From Oscillospiraceae bacterium (GTDB taxonomy: Bacteria > Bacillota > Clostridia > Oscillospirales > Oscillospiraceae), in the NCBI GenBank assembly GCA_017519005.1, contig JAFWTG010000060.1, forward strand, positions 1 through 57,613: a stretch of 57,613 nt of DNA, given 5' to 3'. Below, piece after piece: positions 26,880 to 37,600 of the stretch. The position numbers were made by a program, and so were the translations under genes. Below the pieces are notes generated by a model, which was not told the DNA's origin, ran no database searches, and worked only from the letters and a program-made list of their open reading frames with translations. How positions within the stretch are numbered: the first letter of the stretch is position 1; each line of letters opens with the position of its first letter.

Positions 26880-28919
26880 GTGTTCAAGGGCATCAAAAAG
26901 CTGCTCGGCAGCGGCAGGGATCAACGAAAGTGGTACCCTGTGTTTTTTCTGATTCTGCTGGTCGGCTCCCTGCTTCTGGGCGTCCTGGCCCGCTTTCTCG
27001 CGGAGAATCTGGGCAGCATCATGTCCGGCGGGGACTGGAGCTTTCGCCTCTCCCTGCTGACCGAGGCGCGGACCTGGCTGGTCGGCTTTCTGATCTGCGG
27101 CCTGTTTACGGCGATCATCGCCCTCAACGGCGGCTTCCGGGGCGTGCTGGGGAAGAGCCTGCTCAGCGGCGACGCGGCGAAGAACGTGGTGGAGGGCGCG
27201 CTGGAAAACAGCCGCTTCCTCACCGACGAGGAACGGGACAAGTATTTCCCTACGTTCAAATACGACGAGATCGACAAGGTTAAGAAGGACGGCGTCCCGG
27301 CCAGAGCCGTGCTGGACAAGAAGGGCAAGCTGGTGGGCAACTTCAAGCCCGGCGTCCATGCCCTGGTCATCGGCGCCACCGGCTCCGGTAAGACCACCAC
27401 CTTCATCAACCCCATGATCCAGCTCCTGGGCGCCACCAACTGCGGCTCCTCCATGATTATGACGGACCCCAAGGGCGAGCTCTTTGATCTGCACTCCGGC
27501 TTCCTCAAGAGCCGGGGCTACAACGTGATGGTGCTGGACCTGCGCGACACCTACTCCTCCAGCCGCTGGAACCCCCTGGAGCCCATCTGGGATGCCTATC
27601 AGGAATATATCAAGGCCGGACGCGGCATCAAGATGCACCTGGACGCCATGAGCGACTACCCGGAGCTGCGGCGCATGAACGGCGAAGCCGCGCCGGGCGA
27701 ACGCTGGGTGGAATACGACGGCAAGGCCTATCTGGACCTGACCCACTGCCAGGACGACGTTCAGGTGGCCAAGCAGAAAATCTACGATGAAATGTACGAG
27801 GACCTGAGCGATCTGATCGGCGGTCTGATCCCCGTTCAGAACGAGAAGGACCCCCTCTGGGAAAAGGGCGCCAGGTCCATCGTGATGGCGCTGTGCCTCG
27901 CCATGCTGGAGGACAGCGAAAACCCCGCCCTCGGCATGACGAAGGAAAAATACAATCTCTTCAACGTCAACAAAGCCCTGGGCAACAGCGAGAACGAGTA
28001 TCAGGCGCTGAAGGACTACTTCGAGGGCCGCAGCAAGCTCTCCCAGGCCTATCAGCTGTCCCGGCAGGTCATGACCGCCCCGGACACCACCCTGGGCTCC
28101 TATATGTCCATCACCTTCGACAAGCTGAACCTCTTCAACGACCGGGGCCTCTGCGCTCTGACCTCCGCCACGGACATTCACGCCGACCGCTTCGCCTTTG
28201 AGCCCACCGCCCTCTTCCTGAAGATCCCCGACGAGAAGGACACCCGCCATTCCCTGGCGTCTCTGTTCATCCTGAGCACCTACAAGGCCCTCATCAAGAT
28301 CGCCACGGGACTGCCCGGCCAGACCCTGCCGCGGAACGTCTACTTCATCATGGACGAGTTCGGCAACATGCCGAAGATCGACAAGTTCGGCCAGATGATC
28401 ACCGTGGGCCGCTCCAGAAAGATCTGGTTCAACATGGTGGTCCAGTCCTTCGTCCAGCTGACCAACGTCTACGGCAAGGAGGTGGCCGATATCGTCATCG
28501 GCAACTGCGGCGTCAAGATGTTCATCGGCTCCAACGACACCGACACCTGCAAGATGTTCTCCGAGATGTGCGGCAACATGACCGTGCGCACCACCTCCAC
28601 CTCCTCCAGTCTGTCCAGCAAGGCCGGAGACGTCAGCGTCTCCTCCCAGACCCAGGTCCGCCCGCTGATCTACCCCAGCGAGCTGCAGCGGCTGAACAAC
28701 CAGGAGAGCACCGGCAACTCCATCATCGTGTCCTTCAACTCCTTCCCGCTGCGGACGAAGTACACGCCCTCCTACAAGTGTCCCTACTATCAGTTCGGTC
28801 CCATGGACCTCAGCGAGATCCGCAGCAACGTATTCCGTGCCGACGAAGTTTACTACGACCTGAAGGAACGCAACAGAATCGTTCTGGGCGATCCGGACGA
28901 TGACTACATTGAAGGATGA
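26880..28919 (+). CDS. VirD4/TraG/TcpA-type type IV coupling protein
   Basis: Two N-terminal TM helices, Walker A VIGATGSGKTTT and Walker B YFIMDEFGNMPKI. GTG start after GAGGGGAAGGGA. Confidence 0.85.
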   Translation: MFKGIKKLLGSGRDQRKWYPVFFLILLVGSLLLGVLARFLAENLGSIMSGGDWSFRLSLLTEARTWLVGFLICGLFTAIIALNGGFRGVLGKSLLSGDAAKNVVEGALENSRFLTDEERDKYFPTFKYDEIDKVKKDGVPARAVLDKKGKLVGNFKPGVHALVIGATGSGKTTTFINPMIQLLGATNCGSSMIMTDPKGELFDLHSGFLKSRGYNVMVLDLRDTYSSSRWNPLEPIWDAYQEYIKAGRGIKMHLDAMSDYPELRRMNGEAAPGERWVEYDGKAYLDLTHCQDDVQVAKQKIYDEMYEDLSDLIGGLIPVQNEKDPLWEKGARSIVMALCLAMLEDSENPALGMTKEKYNLFNVNKALGNSENEYQALKDYFEGRSKLSQAYQLSRQVMTAPDTTLGSYMSITFDKLNLFNDRGLCALTSATDIHADRFAFEPTALFLKIPDEKDTRHSLASLFILSTYKALIKIATGLPGQTLPRNVYFIMDEFGNMPKIDKFGQMITVGRSRKIWFNMVVQSFVQLTNVYGKEVADIVIGNCGVKMFIGSNDTDTCKMFSEMCGNMTVRTTSTSSSLSSKAGDVSVSSQTQVRPLIYPSELQRLNNQESTGNSIIVSFNSFPLRTKYTPSYKCPYYQFGPMDLSEIRSNVFRADEVYYDLKERNRIVLGDPDDDYIEG

Positions 28920-28957
28920 TCGGGCCAGCCCAATCGCCGAAAGGGAGGAAAATCACC

Positions 28958-29410
28958 GTGAGCCAACCCAATAACAGTCCCGCCATGAGCTGCGGAGAAT
29001 ACCTGCGAAGGCAGCGCGCCGAGCTGGACCGGATCACCGACCTCGGTACGGACGCCGCCAGAGCAGAGGTCAAACGGCTGCTTGCGAATATTTACGCGGT
29101 CAACTATCAGATGATGTACGAGCGCATCGAGCCCCCCGGACCCAACCGCCGCTCCGCCACCCTGGAGCCCGTAGACCGGGAGCTGGTGGAGAGCACCGCC
29201 AAGGCCCTGAACGAGGGCGCGCCGGAGCTTCAGGACATCGTGGACGACCCCTGGAAGCTCAGCGAGGCGATCTACCGGGCCCAGCAGGGCAACGGCTTCC
29301 AGCTGGTGGAGATGGTCAACATCGCCCACCTGGCCCGGACGGCCCAGCACAGGCCCGAGGCCCCCGCCCGGACGGAGCCCGCCGCCCGTCCGGCCAAGCC
29401 CGGCCTGTAA
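28958..29410 (+). CDS. small cytoplasmic hypothetical protein
   Basis: The GTG at 28958 follows AAGGGAGG. There are no TM segments. The protein contains DDPWKLSE, reminiscent of the DPW motifs in the VirB4 tail. Confidence 0.6.
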   Translation: MSQPNNSPAMSCGEYLRRQRAELDRITDLGTDAARAEVKRLLANIYAVNYQMMYERIEPPGPNRRSATLEPVDRELVESTAKALNEGAPELQDIVDDPWKLSEAIYRAQQGNGFQLVEMVNIAHLARTAQHRPEAPARTEPAARPAKPGL

Positions 29411-29422
29411 CAGGAGGCAATT

Positions 29423-30826
29423 ATGAAGGACAACAAAAAAAGAACCGGCCTTCTCCGAAGGCTCTGTCTGCTCCTGACGGCGGCACTGCTCCTCTTTGGG
29501 ACCTTCGGCGCCGCGCCCCGGGCCGAGGCCGCCGAGAAGAGCCTCTCCGCGGTGCCCGGCACCTACGTCCGCTGGCGCAAGGGCCTGCCGCCCCAGGACG
29601 GCAGCTGGTACCGGGCCCTGATCATTGCCGATTACGGCTTCGGGCTCCGCTTCCTGATTCACGGCAACGAGGTGGGGCCGAATCAGTATTACGGGAACGG
29701 CGCATCCGCCGGCGACAAGCTGGTGATGGATAACCCGGGAGACGATCTGGACCGCTTCCCGGAGATCGACCTTTCCAAGGATTCCTTCTTTACCGACTCC
29801 TACCTGATGGCCCTGGCCCTGCGCTACAACAGTACGGCCGGCTCCGCCGGAAACGGCAGGGAGCCCCATTTCGGCAACGCGCCCTATTACGAGATCGCCC
29901 TGCCCAAGACCGATAAGGCCGTAGACAGCATCGGCTTCCGCTATGACCCCGCCACCCAGGTTGACAGCGACGGAGAGCCCCTTTACGGCGCAAAGATCAC
30001 CAACAATCCGACGCCCTGGTACTTCTGCGGTTACGAACACGACAGCTCCGTGGACAAGGGAAAGTACGTCATCGGCTGCCTGCGCAATCGGAACAACAGC
30101 GGCACGAACACCTATCTTTGCAGCGGAAAGGATCTGTTTCCGCCGAAAACCCATCAGAACGCTTATACCTGCTTCGCCAGCTCGGTCATATGGTGGGACA
30201 CGGATGAATTTTACGTCTACTACGGCGAGCAGATGCTGATCGACGCCGTCGCGGACAACCAGGTCATTGACGACGACGAGATCGTCAACGTCAACGGCAG
30301 CAGCTACCTGACGCTGCAGTCCGGCAGCACCCTGACCGTCAAGGACGGCGGCATCCTCTCCATCGGCAGCGGCCTGTTCAACGACGGCACCATCCGGGTG
30401 GAAAAGGGCGGTACCCTCATCGTCAAGCAGAACGCCTTCATCATGCCCTGGCAGCTGGGAAACGGCAGCGGGAATATTATCTGCGACGGCGGCGACGTGA
30501 TCATCCAGAGCGGCGGCCGCGTGGTCTGCGAGGGCGCCTCCGGCTTCAAGTTCGTGGAGGACGGCAGAACCTGCGGCACCGTCTATAACTACGGCGTCAT
30601 CGTCACCCAGGCGCTGACCATTCGCGGCAAGGCCAACGCCTTCCACAACCTGGGCGGCGTGATGCTGGGCTACCGGGTCAAGCCCGCCGAGGCCCAGGCC
30701 TTCCGGGACAGCGCGATCCACTTTTACGGTGCCTCCGCCATACTGGACGGCATGACCGCCGGCGGAATTAACGTGGACCAGGTGACGGCCGGCGTCGTCA
30801 CCGGCAATCAGGTGATACGCCCATGA
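29423..30826 (+). CDS. secreted hypothetical protein (signal peptide; Gly-rich beta-helix-like C-terminal half)
   Basis: The signal peptide is MKDNKKRTGLLRRLCLLLTAALLLFGTFGAAPRAEA. Later short repeats include GGILSIGSG, GGTLIVKQ and GGDVIIQSGG. The RBS is CAGGAGG. Confidence 0.75.
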   Translation: MKDNKKRTGLLRRLCLLLTAALLLFGTFGAAPRAEAAEKSLSAVPGTYVRWRKGLPPQDGSWYRALIIADYGFGLRFLIHGNEVGPNQYYGNGASAGDKLVMDNPGDDLDRFPEIDLSKDSFFTDSYLMALALRYNSTAGSAGNGREPHFGNAPYYEIALPKTDKAVDSIGFRYDPATQVDSDGEPLYGAKITNNPTPWYFCGYEHDSSVDKGKYVIGCLRNRNNSGTNTYLCSGKDLFPPKTHQNAYTCFASSVIWWDTDEFYVYYGEQMLIDAVADNQVIDDDEIVNVNGSSYLTLQSGSTLTVKDGGILSIGSGLFNDGTIRVEKGGTLIVKQNAFIMPWQLGNGSGNIICDGGDVIIQSGGRVVCEGASGFKFVEDGRTCGTVYNYGVIVTQALTIRGKANAFHNLGGVMLGYRVKPAEAQAFRDSAIHFYGASAILDGMTAGGINVDQVTAGVVTGNQVIRP

Positions 30827-31812
30827 AAAAATACAATTTGACGCGGCGAATCCTCGCCCTGCTCTCCGCGGCCGTCATCAGCCTCGGACTCTGCCTGCCT
30901 GCCTCTGCCACGGACGGCGGCGAGGACTATCAGGGAGATATCAACTACGTCGGAGAGGTCGATCCGGAGACGGGCTACGGCTACCACGCGCCCGATCTCG
31001 GCAGCCGGATTTCCATCACCGACACCATGCTCTACGACAGCGCGGACGGCAGATTCGTCTTCCCCATCGGCGCCAACAGCGAGCTTTCCTGCACCGCCGC
31101 CGACGGGATGCTCCTCAGCGATTCCGTGACCCTCTCCACCGTCGGAGCTCCGCAGCTGGCGGTGTATCGGAACGGGGAAGCAGTGGACCTGAGCGCGGGG
31201 AGCACCCTGCGGACGCCCGGGGAGTACACGGTTTATCTCGGCTCCTCCTCCGGGACCCGCATCTGCGGCTTTACCATCCTGCCTGCCGTCACCAACCTCA
31301 TCCACGGTTATTCCGTGCCGGAGGGCTTCGCGGTCCGGGAGGTCCTGCGCAACGGCGAGCAGCAGGGCTTCGAGCGCTACTACGCCGAAACGGAGGCGGA
31401 GGGCGAGTACGAAATCAGCACCCGCTGCCTCCAGGCCGACCGGGTCTATACCCTGCGCGTGACCATCGACCGGACCCCGCCTGCGCTCACGCTCAGCGGC
31501 AACGTGGGCGAGGACGGACGGGTGCGCGGCCCGGTGACGATCTCCGGCATCGAGGCGGATACGACCCTGAGTCTGGAGCTGGACGGCAAGGCTGAGAAGC
31601 TGACGGTCCGGGATGGGTCCGCCACGGTCCGGGACACCGGCAGCTACCGGCTCGTTGCGGTGGACGCCGCCGGAAACAGCAGCAGCTATCAGTTTACGAT
31701 TTTGCTCTATCTGGATTCCAGCGCCTTTCTGTTCGTTCTGCTGGCGCTGGCAGCCCTTGTCTCCGTGTTCCTCTACGCCCTGCGGAAGCGCAGGAAATTC
31801 AAAGTGCGCTGA
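30823..31812 (+). CDS. secreted protein with C-terminal membrane anchor
   Basis: The signal peptide ends ...LCLPASA. The C-terminus is the hydrophobic FLFVLLALAALVSVFLYAL followed by RKRRKFKVR. There is an ATGA overlap with the upstream gene. Confidence 0.75.
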   Translation: MKKYNLTRRILALLSAAVISLGLCLPASATDGGEDYQGDINYVGEVDPETGYGYHAPDLGSRISITDTMLYDSADGRFVFPIGANSELSCTAADGMLLSDSVTLSTVGAPQLAVYRNGEAVDLSAGSTLRTPGEYTVYLGSSSGTRICGFTILPAVTNLIHGYSVPEGFAVREVLRNGEQQGFERYYAETEAEGEYEISTRCLQADRVYTLRVTIDRTPPALTLSGNVGEDGRVRGPVTISGIEADTTLSLELDGKAEKLTVRDGSATVRDTGSYRLVAVDAAGNSSSYQFTILLYLDSSAFLFVLLALAALVSVFLYALRKRRKFKVR

Positions 31813-31890
31813 GCGTCCGACCGCGCCCCGTCCGCGCGGCGGGGCGGACGCGAGCCGCAAGCCGATTACGACGATGTTAGGAGCTTCCCG

Positions 31891-34644
31891 ATGGCTGAAT
31901 CATTCTTGTCGAAGTTACTCTTTACCATACTCAAGATCATCTGCTGGGCCGTCAACCGGCTCACGCAGCTCTTTGAGATCTTTTCCGGCCTGACCAAGGT
32001 GAGCTTCAATGGGGAGCGCATCTTCCTCTTCGACGTCTTTCTGAACAACACCGCAATCAACAATATCTACTGGGGCATGGCGCTGATCGGCATCGTGCTC
32101 TGCTTTGGGTTTGCGATTTTCGCCGTCGTCCGCAAGATGTTCGACTCGGCGGGACGGGTCCAGATGTCCATCGGCCAGATCATCACGGAGGGTCTGAAGA
32201 GCATTCTCCTCATTTTGAGCATGAACGCCATTCTGACCGTGACCCTCACCGGAACGGATATCCTCATGCGGCAGGTGAACTATCTGTTCACAAACGCCGA
32301 GGGCCTCAGCCAGGCGGAATCCATCACCTACACCGACGAGCAGTGCGCCGCCATGGGCCGCGCTCTGGGCACCATCGCCAATTACGGCATGAATCCTTCC
32401 TTCAACAGCCGCTACAATCTGAATGACTGCTTCAACACCATACGCCCGGATCTGATCTATCTCGAGGACCAGGGCGTATTCGATTATCATTATCCCCAGG
32501 ATTCCGATTCCTGGCAGTCCATTCTGCAGGAGGTGGCGGCCTCCGCCGATCTGCGCTACGAGCTCAAGGCGGACGTCTATTATGAAAACGTCGCCAAGTC
32601 CCTGCAGCACGCCCTGGACGTGATGCGGACCGACTCCTCCTTCCGCCCCCTGGAGCAGTTCAAGAAGGAGAACACGGCGCTGCTTCAGATTCCGCTGGAC
32701 CGCGTCATTTTCCTGTCCGGCACGCTGGACGCGGCCAACAACAGCTATTACAACGTCAACCCGAGCTTTACGGACGCGCTCCGCTATCCCTACTACTCCG
32801 GAGAAAAGTCCCTTTACGACACCGACACCGTCGATTCCATCGACGTCATCAGCAGCGATTTTTCCATCAGCTACGCGCGTTTCGACTACCTGGTCTCCAT
32901 CGTGCTCGGCGTCGCGATCCTGATCAACACCTTCGTGATTCTGCTCTCGCTGGTGGCGCGGATGTTCAACATTCTGCTGCTCTACGTCATCGCGCCGCCC
33001 GTGCTGGCGGTCCGCCCGCTGGACGGCGGCGGCAAGAGCAAGCAGTGGGCCATCGCCTTTATGATTCAGGCCCTGGGCGTCTTCGGCAACATCGTCGTCA
33101 TGCGGCTGCTGCTGATCTTCGTGCCGGTGATCTTCGACGCCAATCTGGTGCTGATCGCGGACAGCGCCGCGATGAACTATTTTGCCAAGGCCGTGATGCT
33201 TTTTGCGGCCTACTCCGTGGCAAAGAAGGCCTCCGGCCTCCTCACCGGCATCATCTCCGACTCGGCCGCCATGCAGTCCACGCACGCAGCCGACATGAAG
33301 GAGGACGCCATGCAGGCCATCGGCCAGGCCAGGAGTACCGCCAGAAACGCCCTGCACAGGGTCGGCGCCGCCGCGGGCTTTGCCGCCGCGCCTGCCCTCA
33401 ACTACTTCAGCAAGCCCTTTGACGCCTGGCGCAGTCTCGGAAAGTCCTCCGATAAAGAGGGCGGTTCCGGCAACAAGGGCGGCGGCACCCTTCCCGGCGC
33501 CAACCGCCCCGGCGACAAAAAGCCGGGAAGCAAGGGCGGCGGTTCTCCCAAGCAGCCCAAGCCGCCGGCGGAACGGCCCCGCTCCAGGAGCATGCCGAAT
33601 CCTTCCGCAAAGGGCATTGGCGACGAGCTTCCGCTCCCCGCGAAGCAGAAGGCTCCCGGCTCCGACGGAAGCAAGGACGGCAGCCTGCCCAAGCAGCCGC
33701 AGGAACGGCAGCGCTCCAACAGCATGCCGAATTCTGCCAAAAAAGCCGCCGACAACAAGCTTCCGCCCTCCGGGAAGCAGCAGGCTCCCGGCTCCGGCGA
33801 CAAGCTTCCGCCCTCCGGGAAGCAGCAGCCTCCCTCCGGCTCGGAGAAGAACGTCCCTTTTGACCTTCCCGGCCCCGAGATCGGACGCAACGAAGAGCAG
33901 GAGCGGATTCTGTTCGACGAGGATCTCCCGGGCCGCAGCATCCTTGGAAACCGGGACTCCGATCAGCTCCTGGGCGGCTCCTACGAAGACGACAGCGGCT
34001 TCGGGGAGGGTGAACGGCTCAACTCACGTTCGGGTTCCCTCAACGGTTCCTCCAACAACGTTTCCTCCGACGTTCCCCTCCCGCAGCGGGACCGGCGCGA
34101 CAGCCTCGGCAATCAAAGCGTTTACTCGGCCTTTTCCCGTTCCGAGCACAGCGACGACGCCGGCGGCGGTGACAACAACGTTTATGCAGACCTTCCCCGT
34201 CAGGAGCAGAACCGCCGCTCCGACAGCCTCGATAATCAAAGCGTTTACTCGGCCTTTTCCCGTTCTGAGCACAGCGACGGCTTCGGCGGCGGTGACAACT
34301 ACGTTTCCGCAGGCCTTCCCCATCAGGAGCAGAACCTCCGCTCCGACAGCGTCAATCAGAATAAAGCTCCTTCTGGCCTTCCCCGTCAGGAGCAGGGCGG
34401 CCGCTTCGACAGCAGCACCCGGAACAAAGCTCCTTCGGACCTTCCCCACTCCGGCGGCGAGACCCGTTCCCGTACCAGCTCCGCGGACTACGGTTCCGCT
34501 TCAGGTCCCGTTCCCGGCGGCAGCGTAAACAAGCGCGCAAAGCAGCCTCCGCAGAAGGGTCCGAAGGCTCCGGGCGGCATGCCGGAGCGGAATTACACCG
34601 ATCGAAGAAGCTTCTTCCAAGATGACGGAGATCAGCATCACTAA
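31891..34644 (+). CDS. polytopic membrane protein, VirB6/TcpH-like candidate, with a ~420-aa disordered Pro/Gly/Ser/Lys-rich tail
   Basis: The first ~480 aa contain multiple hydrophobic helices (e.g. IYWGMALIGIVLCFGFAIFAVV and VLGVAILINTFVILLSLVA). The gene sits directly before virB4. The tail is low complexity with internal repeats. Confidence 0.6.
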   Translation: MAESFLSKLLFTILKIICWAVNRLTQLFEIFSGLTKVSFNGERIFLFDVFLNNTAINNIYWGMALIGIVLCFGFAIFAVVRKMFDSAGRVQMSIGQIITEGLKSILLILSMNAILTVTLTGTDILMRQVNYLFTNAEGLSQAESITYTDEQCAAMGRALGTIANYGMNPSFNSRYNLNDCFNTIRPDLIYLEDQGVFDYHYPQDSDSWQSILQEVAASADLRYELKADVYYENVAKSLQHALDVMRTDSSFRPLEQFKKENTALLQIPLDRVIFLSGTLDAANNSYYNVNPSFTDALRYPYYSGEKSLYDTDTVDSIDVISSDFSISYARFDYLVSIVLGVAILINTFVILLSLVARMFNILLLYVIAPPVLAVRPLDGGGKSKQWAIAFMIQALGVFGNIVVMRLLLIFVPVIFDANLVLIADSAAMNYFAKAVMLFAAYSVAKKASGLLTGIISDSAAMQSTHAADMKEDAMQAIGQARSTARNALHRVGAAAGFAAAPALNYFSKPFDAWRSLGKSSDKEGGSGNKGGGTLPGANRPGDKKPGSKGGGSPKQPKPPAERPRSRSMPNPSAKGIGDELPLPAKQKAPGSDGSKDGSLPKQPQERQRSNSMPNSAKKAADNKLPPSGKQQAPGSGDKLPPSGKQQPPSGSEKNVPFDLPGPEIGRNEEQERILFDEDLPGRSILGNRDSDQLLGGSYEDDSGFGEGERLNSRSGSLNGSSNNVSSDVPLPQRDRRDSLGNQSVYSAFSRSEHSDDAGGGDNNVYADLPRQEQNRRSDSLDNQSVYSAFSRSEHSDGFGGGDNYVSAGLPHQEQNLRSDSVNQNKAPSGLPRQEQGGRFDSSTRNKAPSDLPHSGGETRSRTSSADYGSASGPVPGGSVNKRAKQPPQKGPKAPGGMPERNYTDRRSFFQDDGDQHH
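34099..34344 (+). repeat. in-frame 123-bp tandem duplication in the VirB6-like tail
   Basis: GACAGCCTCGGCAATCAAAGCGTTTACTCGGCC... at 34099 recurs at 34222. It encodes DSL.NQSVYSAFSRSEHSD..GGGDN.V.A.LP.QEQN twice. Confidence 0.85.
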
Positions 34645-34692
34645 GGCAGGATTCCCCTCGGGAATCCAGAAAACAATCAAGGAGATCCGTAC

Positions 34693-37600
34693 ATGAAACG
34701 TTTGATACCCGGGAAAACAAAGGTACAGGTCGAACTGTTCAAGGGCGTCATGCTTGGCGACATCTTCGTCGCCGGGCTTGGCATTGCCATGCTCGTTTTG
34801 ATCCTGATTTCCTCTCTTCCGTACAAGCTGTACTTCTGTATCGCTGTGATGGGCGTGGCGGGAATCCTGCTGGTTCGTTTGGACACCGTACCGAACTATC
34901 GGTATCTGCTGCAGATCATCACGCATTACGCCTATAAACGGCGCTATGAACGCATCACCGACGACGAGCTTTTGAAATCGCGGGCGCTCGGAACGGAAAA
35001 GGCGACCAAATTTGACCGCCTGTTCAAGAACAAAGGCGACGCGGAGCAGGAGCCCGTGACCCTGAAGCCCGCGAAGCAGGAAAAGCAGGCGGCCAAGGCC
35101 TCCCGTCAGGCGGATTTGCAGAAGCGCGGGAAGCGCTCCGACAAGAAGCGCGCGAAGCAGACGCAGCCCTCCGGGGACAGGGCCAGGGCCGCGAAAAAAG
35201 CCCGGGAGGAGGAAGATCGGCTTCTCAGGAGCGACTCCGTCTCCGAGGAGGAAAAAGACGCGATCCGCGCCCGCCGCCGGGAGGAATTCGCCGCCTCCAT
35301 GCAGCGGCAGGCCCTCTCCCGGGAGGCGGAGATCAACCGCGAGGACATGAGCAAGCTGATCGGCTTCACGGGAATTCAGGACGCTTACATTGAATATAAC
35401 GGAGAATACTTCGGCGGCGTGATCGAGATCGACCCGGTGGAGTTCCGCTTCTTCAGCGAACACAGACGGGCAAATACCATTGAAAACTGCTTCGGCCGGG
35501 TCCTCCGCTCCATCCACGGGAAGTTCAGCGCCAACATCATCAAGCTGGAGCGGGCAATCAACTACGATAGCTATCTGGCCCGGGAGCGGGCAAAGCTGGA
35601 CGCTCTCCGCCAGTCCTTTGAAAGCGGCCTGCTCACGGAGGAGGAATACCAGATTCGTGTCGAGATCACCTGGGACCGCGTTCAGGAGCTGGAGGCCATG
35701 TGCGGGGAAGACAAGGTCATCGACCCCTTCTATTACCTCGCGCTGTTTGAAAGCGATAAAAAGCAGCTGGATATGATGCTGCGGGACGCGGTGATCCAGC
35801 TGGAGCAGGGCGAGCTCACCGTTCGCCGCCTGCAGGGGAGGGAGCTTGCCGTCTTCCTGAAATACACCAATCAGTTGGATTTCGACGAGCATGAGGTGGA
35901 TCAGATCCGCCCGGAGGACTACGCCCTGTGGGCGCAGCCCAACGTGGTGGACGTCTATCCGCGCCGGGTGGAGGTCAACCACATCGTGACCCACAATTTC
36001 CGGGTCGTCAGCTACCCGATGACCGTGGGAGACGCCTGGCTGGCGGGCGTGATGAGCATTCCCGGGACGAAGGTGGTCGTGAAGGCCAGACAGATGGATC
36101 GGGATAAGGCTGTCCGCACCATCGACCGCAGCCTGATGGAGCTGCGCGGACAGTGGTCCGCCACCGGCATCGACTCCAAGCGCCTGGAAATTGAGGCGCA
36201 CCTGAACACCCTGCAGGAGCTGCTGGCTACCCTGCAGGGAGACAACGAGATGCTTTTCGAGTGCAACGTGTACATCACGGCCTATGACATCATGGGGACC
36301 CGGAACAATCTCCGCATTCCCCAGCCGCCCAAATCTCTGCTGCCCAGCATCAGCAGCATGAAGAAATCGGTCCGGCGTTCCTGGCAGGAGGCGGGCTTCC
36401 GCCTGAACAACATGGAATTCGACCAGATGCGGGCCTTCCTGGGCTCCCAGGTCAGCTCCCTGGACCCGCTGGCCAAGGAGGGCCGCGGGATTCCGAGCAA
36501 TACCGTCGCGGCCAGCTTCCCCTGGATCTACGCCCATATCTCCGACGAGGGCGGCGTCCACCTGGGCCAGAGCGGCGGCGTCCCGGTCTTTATCAATTTC
36601 TTCCGCCGGGACAGTGAGCGCATCAACTCCAACATGGTCATCATCGGCAAATCCGGCTCCGGCAAATCCTACGCAACCAAATCCCTGCTGGCCAATCTGG
36701 CGGCGGAGGACGCCAAAATCTTCATTCTGGACCCGGAAAACGAATATACGGAGCTGGCCCGGAACCTGCACGGCAAGTATATCAACGTCGGCAACGCCAC
36801 CTACGGCAGACTGAATCCCTTCCATATCATCACGGCCTTGGACGACGACGAGGCGGGAACGGAGGGCCCCAGCGGGAGCTACGCCACCCATCTGCAGTTC
36901 CTGGAGGAGTTTTTCCGGCAAATCCTGCCGGACTGCGACAAGGACGCCCTGGAATACCTGAACAATATGGTCGACCGGGTCTACACGGATAAAGGGATCA
37001 CCCCGGAAACCGACCTGAGCAAGCTGCGCCCGCAGGATTACCCCGTGTTCGACGATCTCTACGAGACGATTTTTGAAGAATTCCAGAGCACGGACAATCA
37101 GTACCTTCGCACGATCCTGCGAACGCTGATGAATTACATCGCGAAGTTTTCCAGAGACGGGCGCAACGCCAATATCTGGAACGGTCCCAGCACCGTTACG
37201 ACGGATGAAAACTTCACGGTTTTCAATTTCCAATCGCTGCTGGCCAACCGCAACACCACCATTGCCAACGCGCAGATGCTTCTCGTGCTGAAATACATTG
37301 ACAACGAGATCATCAAAAACCGTGACTTCAACACCCGCTACGGCTTAAAACGCAAGATCGTGGTGGTCATCGACGAAGCCCACGTGTTCATCGACACCAA
37401 ATTCCCCGTGGCGCTGGATTTCATGTTCCAGCTGGCAAAGCGCATCCGGAAATATAACGGTATGCAGATCGTCATTACGCAGAACATCAAGGATTTCGTG
37501 GGCAGCGAGGAGATTGCCCGGAAATCCACGGCCATTATCAACGCCTGTCAGTACAGCTTTATCTTTGCCCTGGCGCCCAACGACATTCAGGACCTGGTCC

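Noticed and set aside
31813-31890. GC-rich nested hairpin (GCGTCCG...CCCCG...CGGGG-CGGACGC) between 31812 and 31891 as an internal terminator
   Set aside because: There is no U-tract, and the next gene has a normal RBS 10 nt further on. It is more likely a mild attenuator or mRNA-stability element within the operon, and the sequence alone cannot decide.
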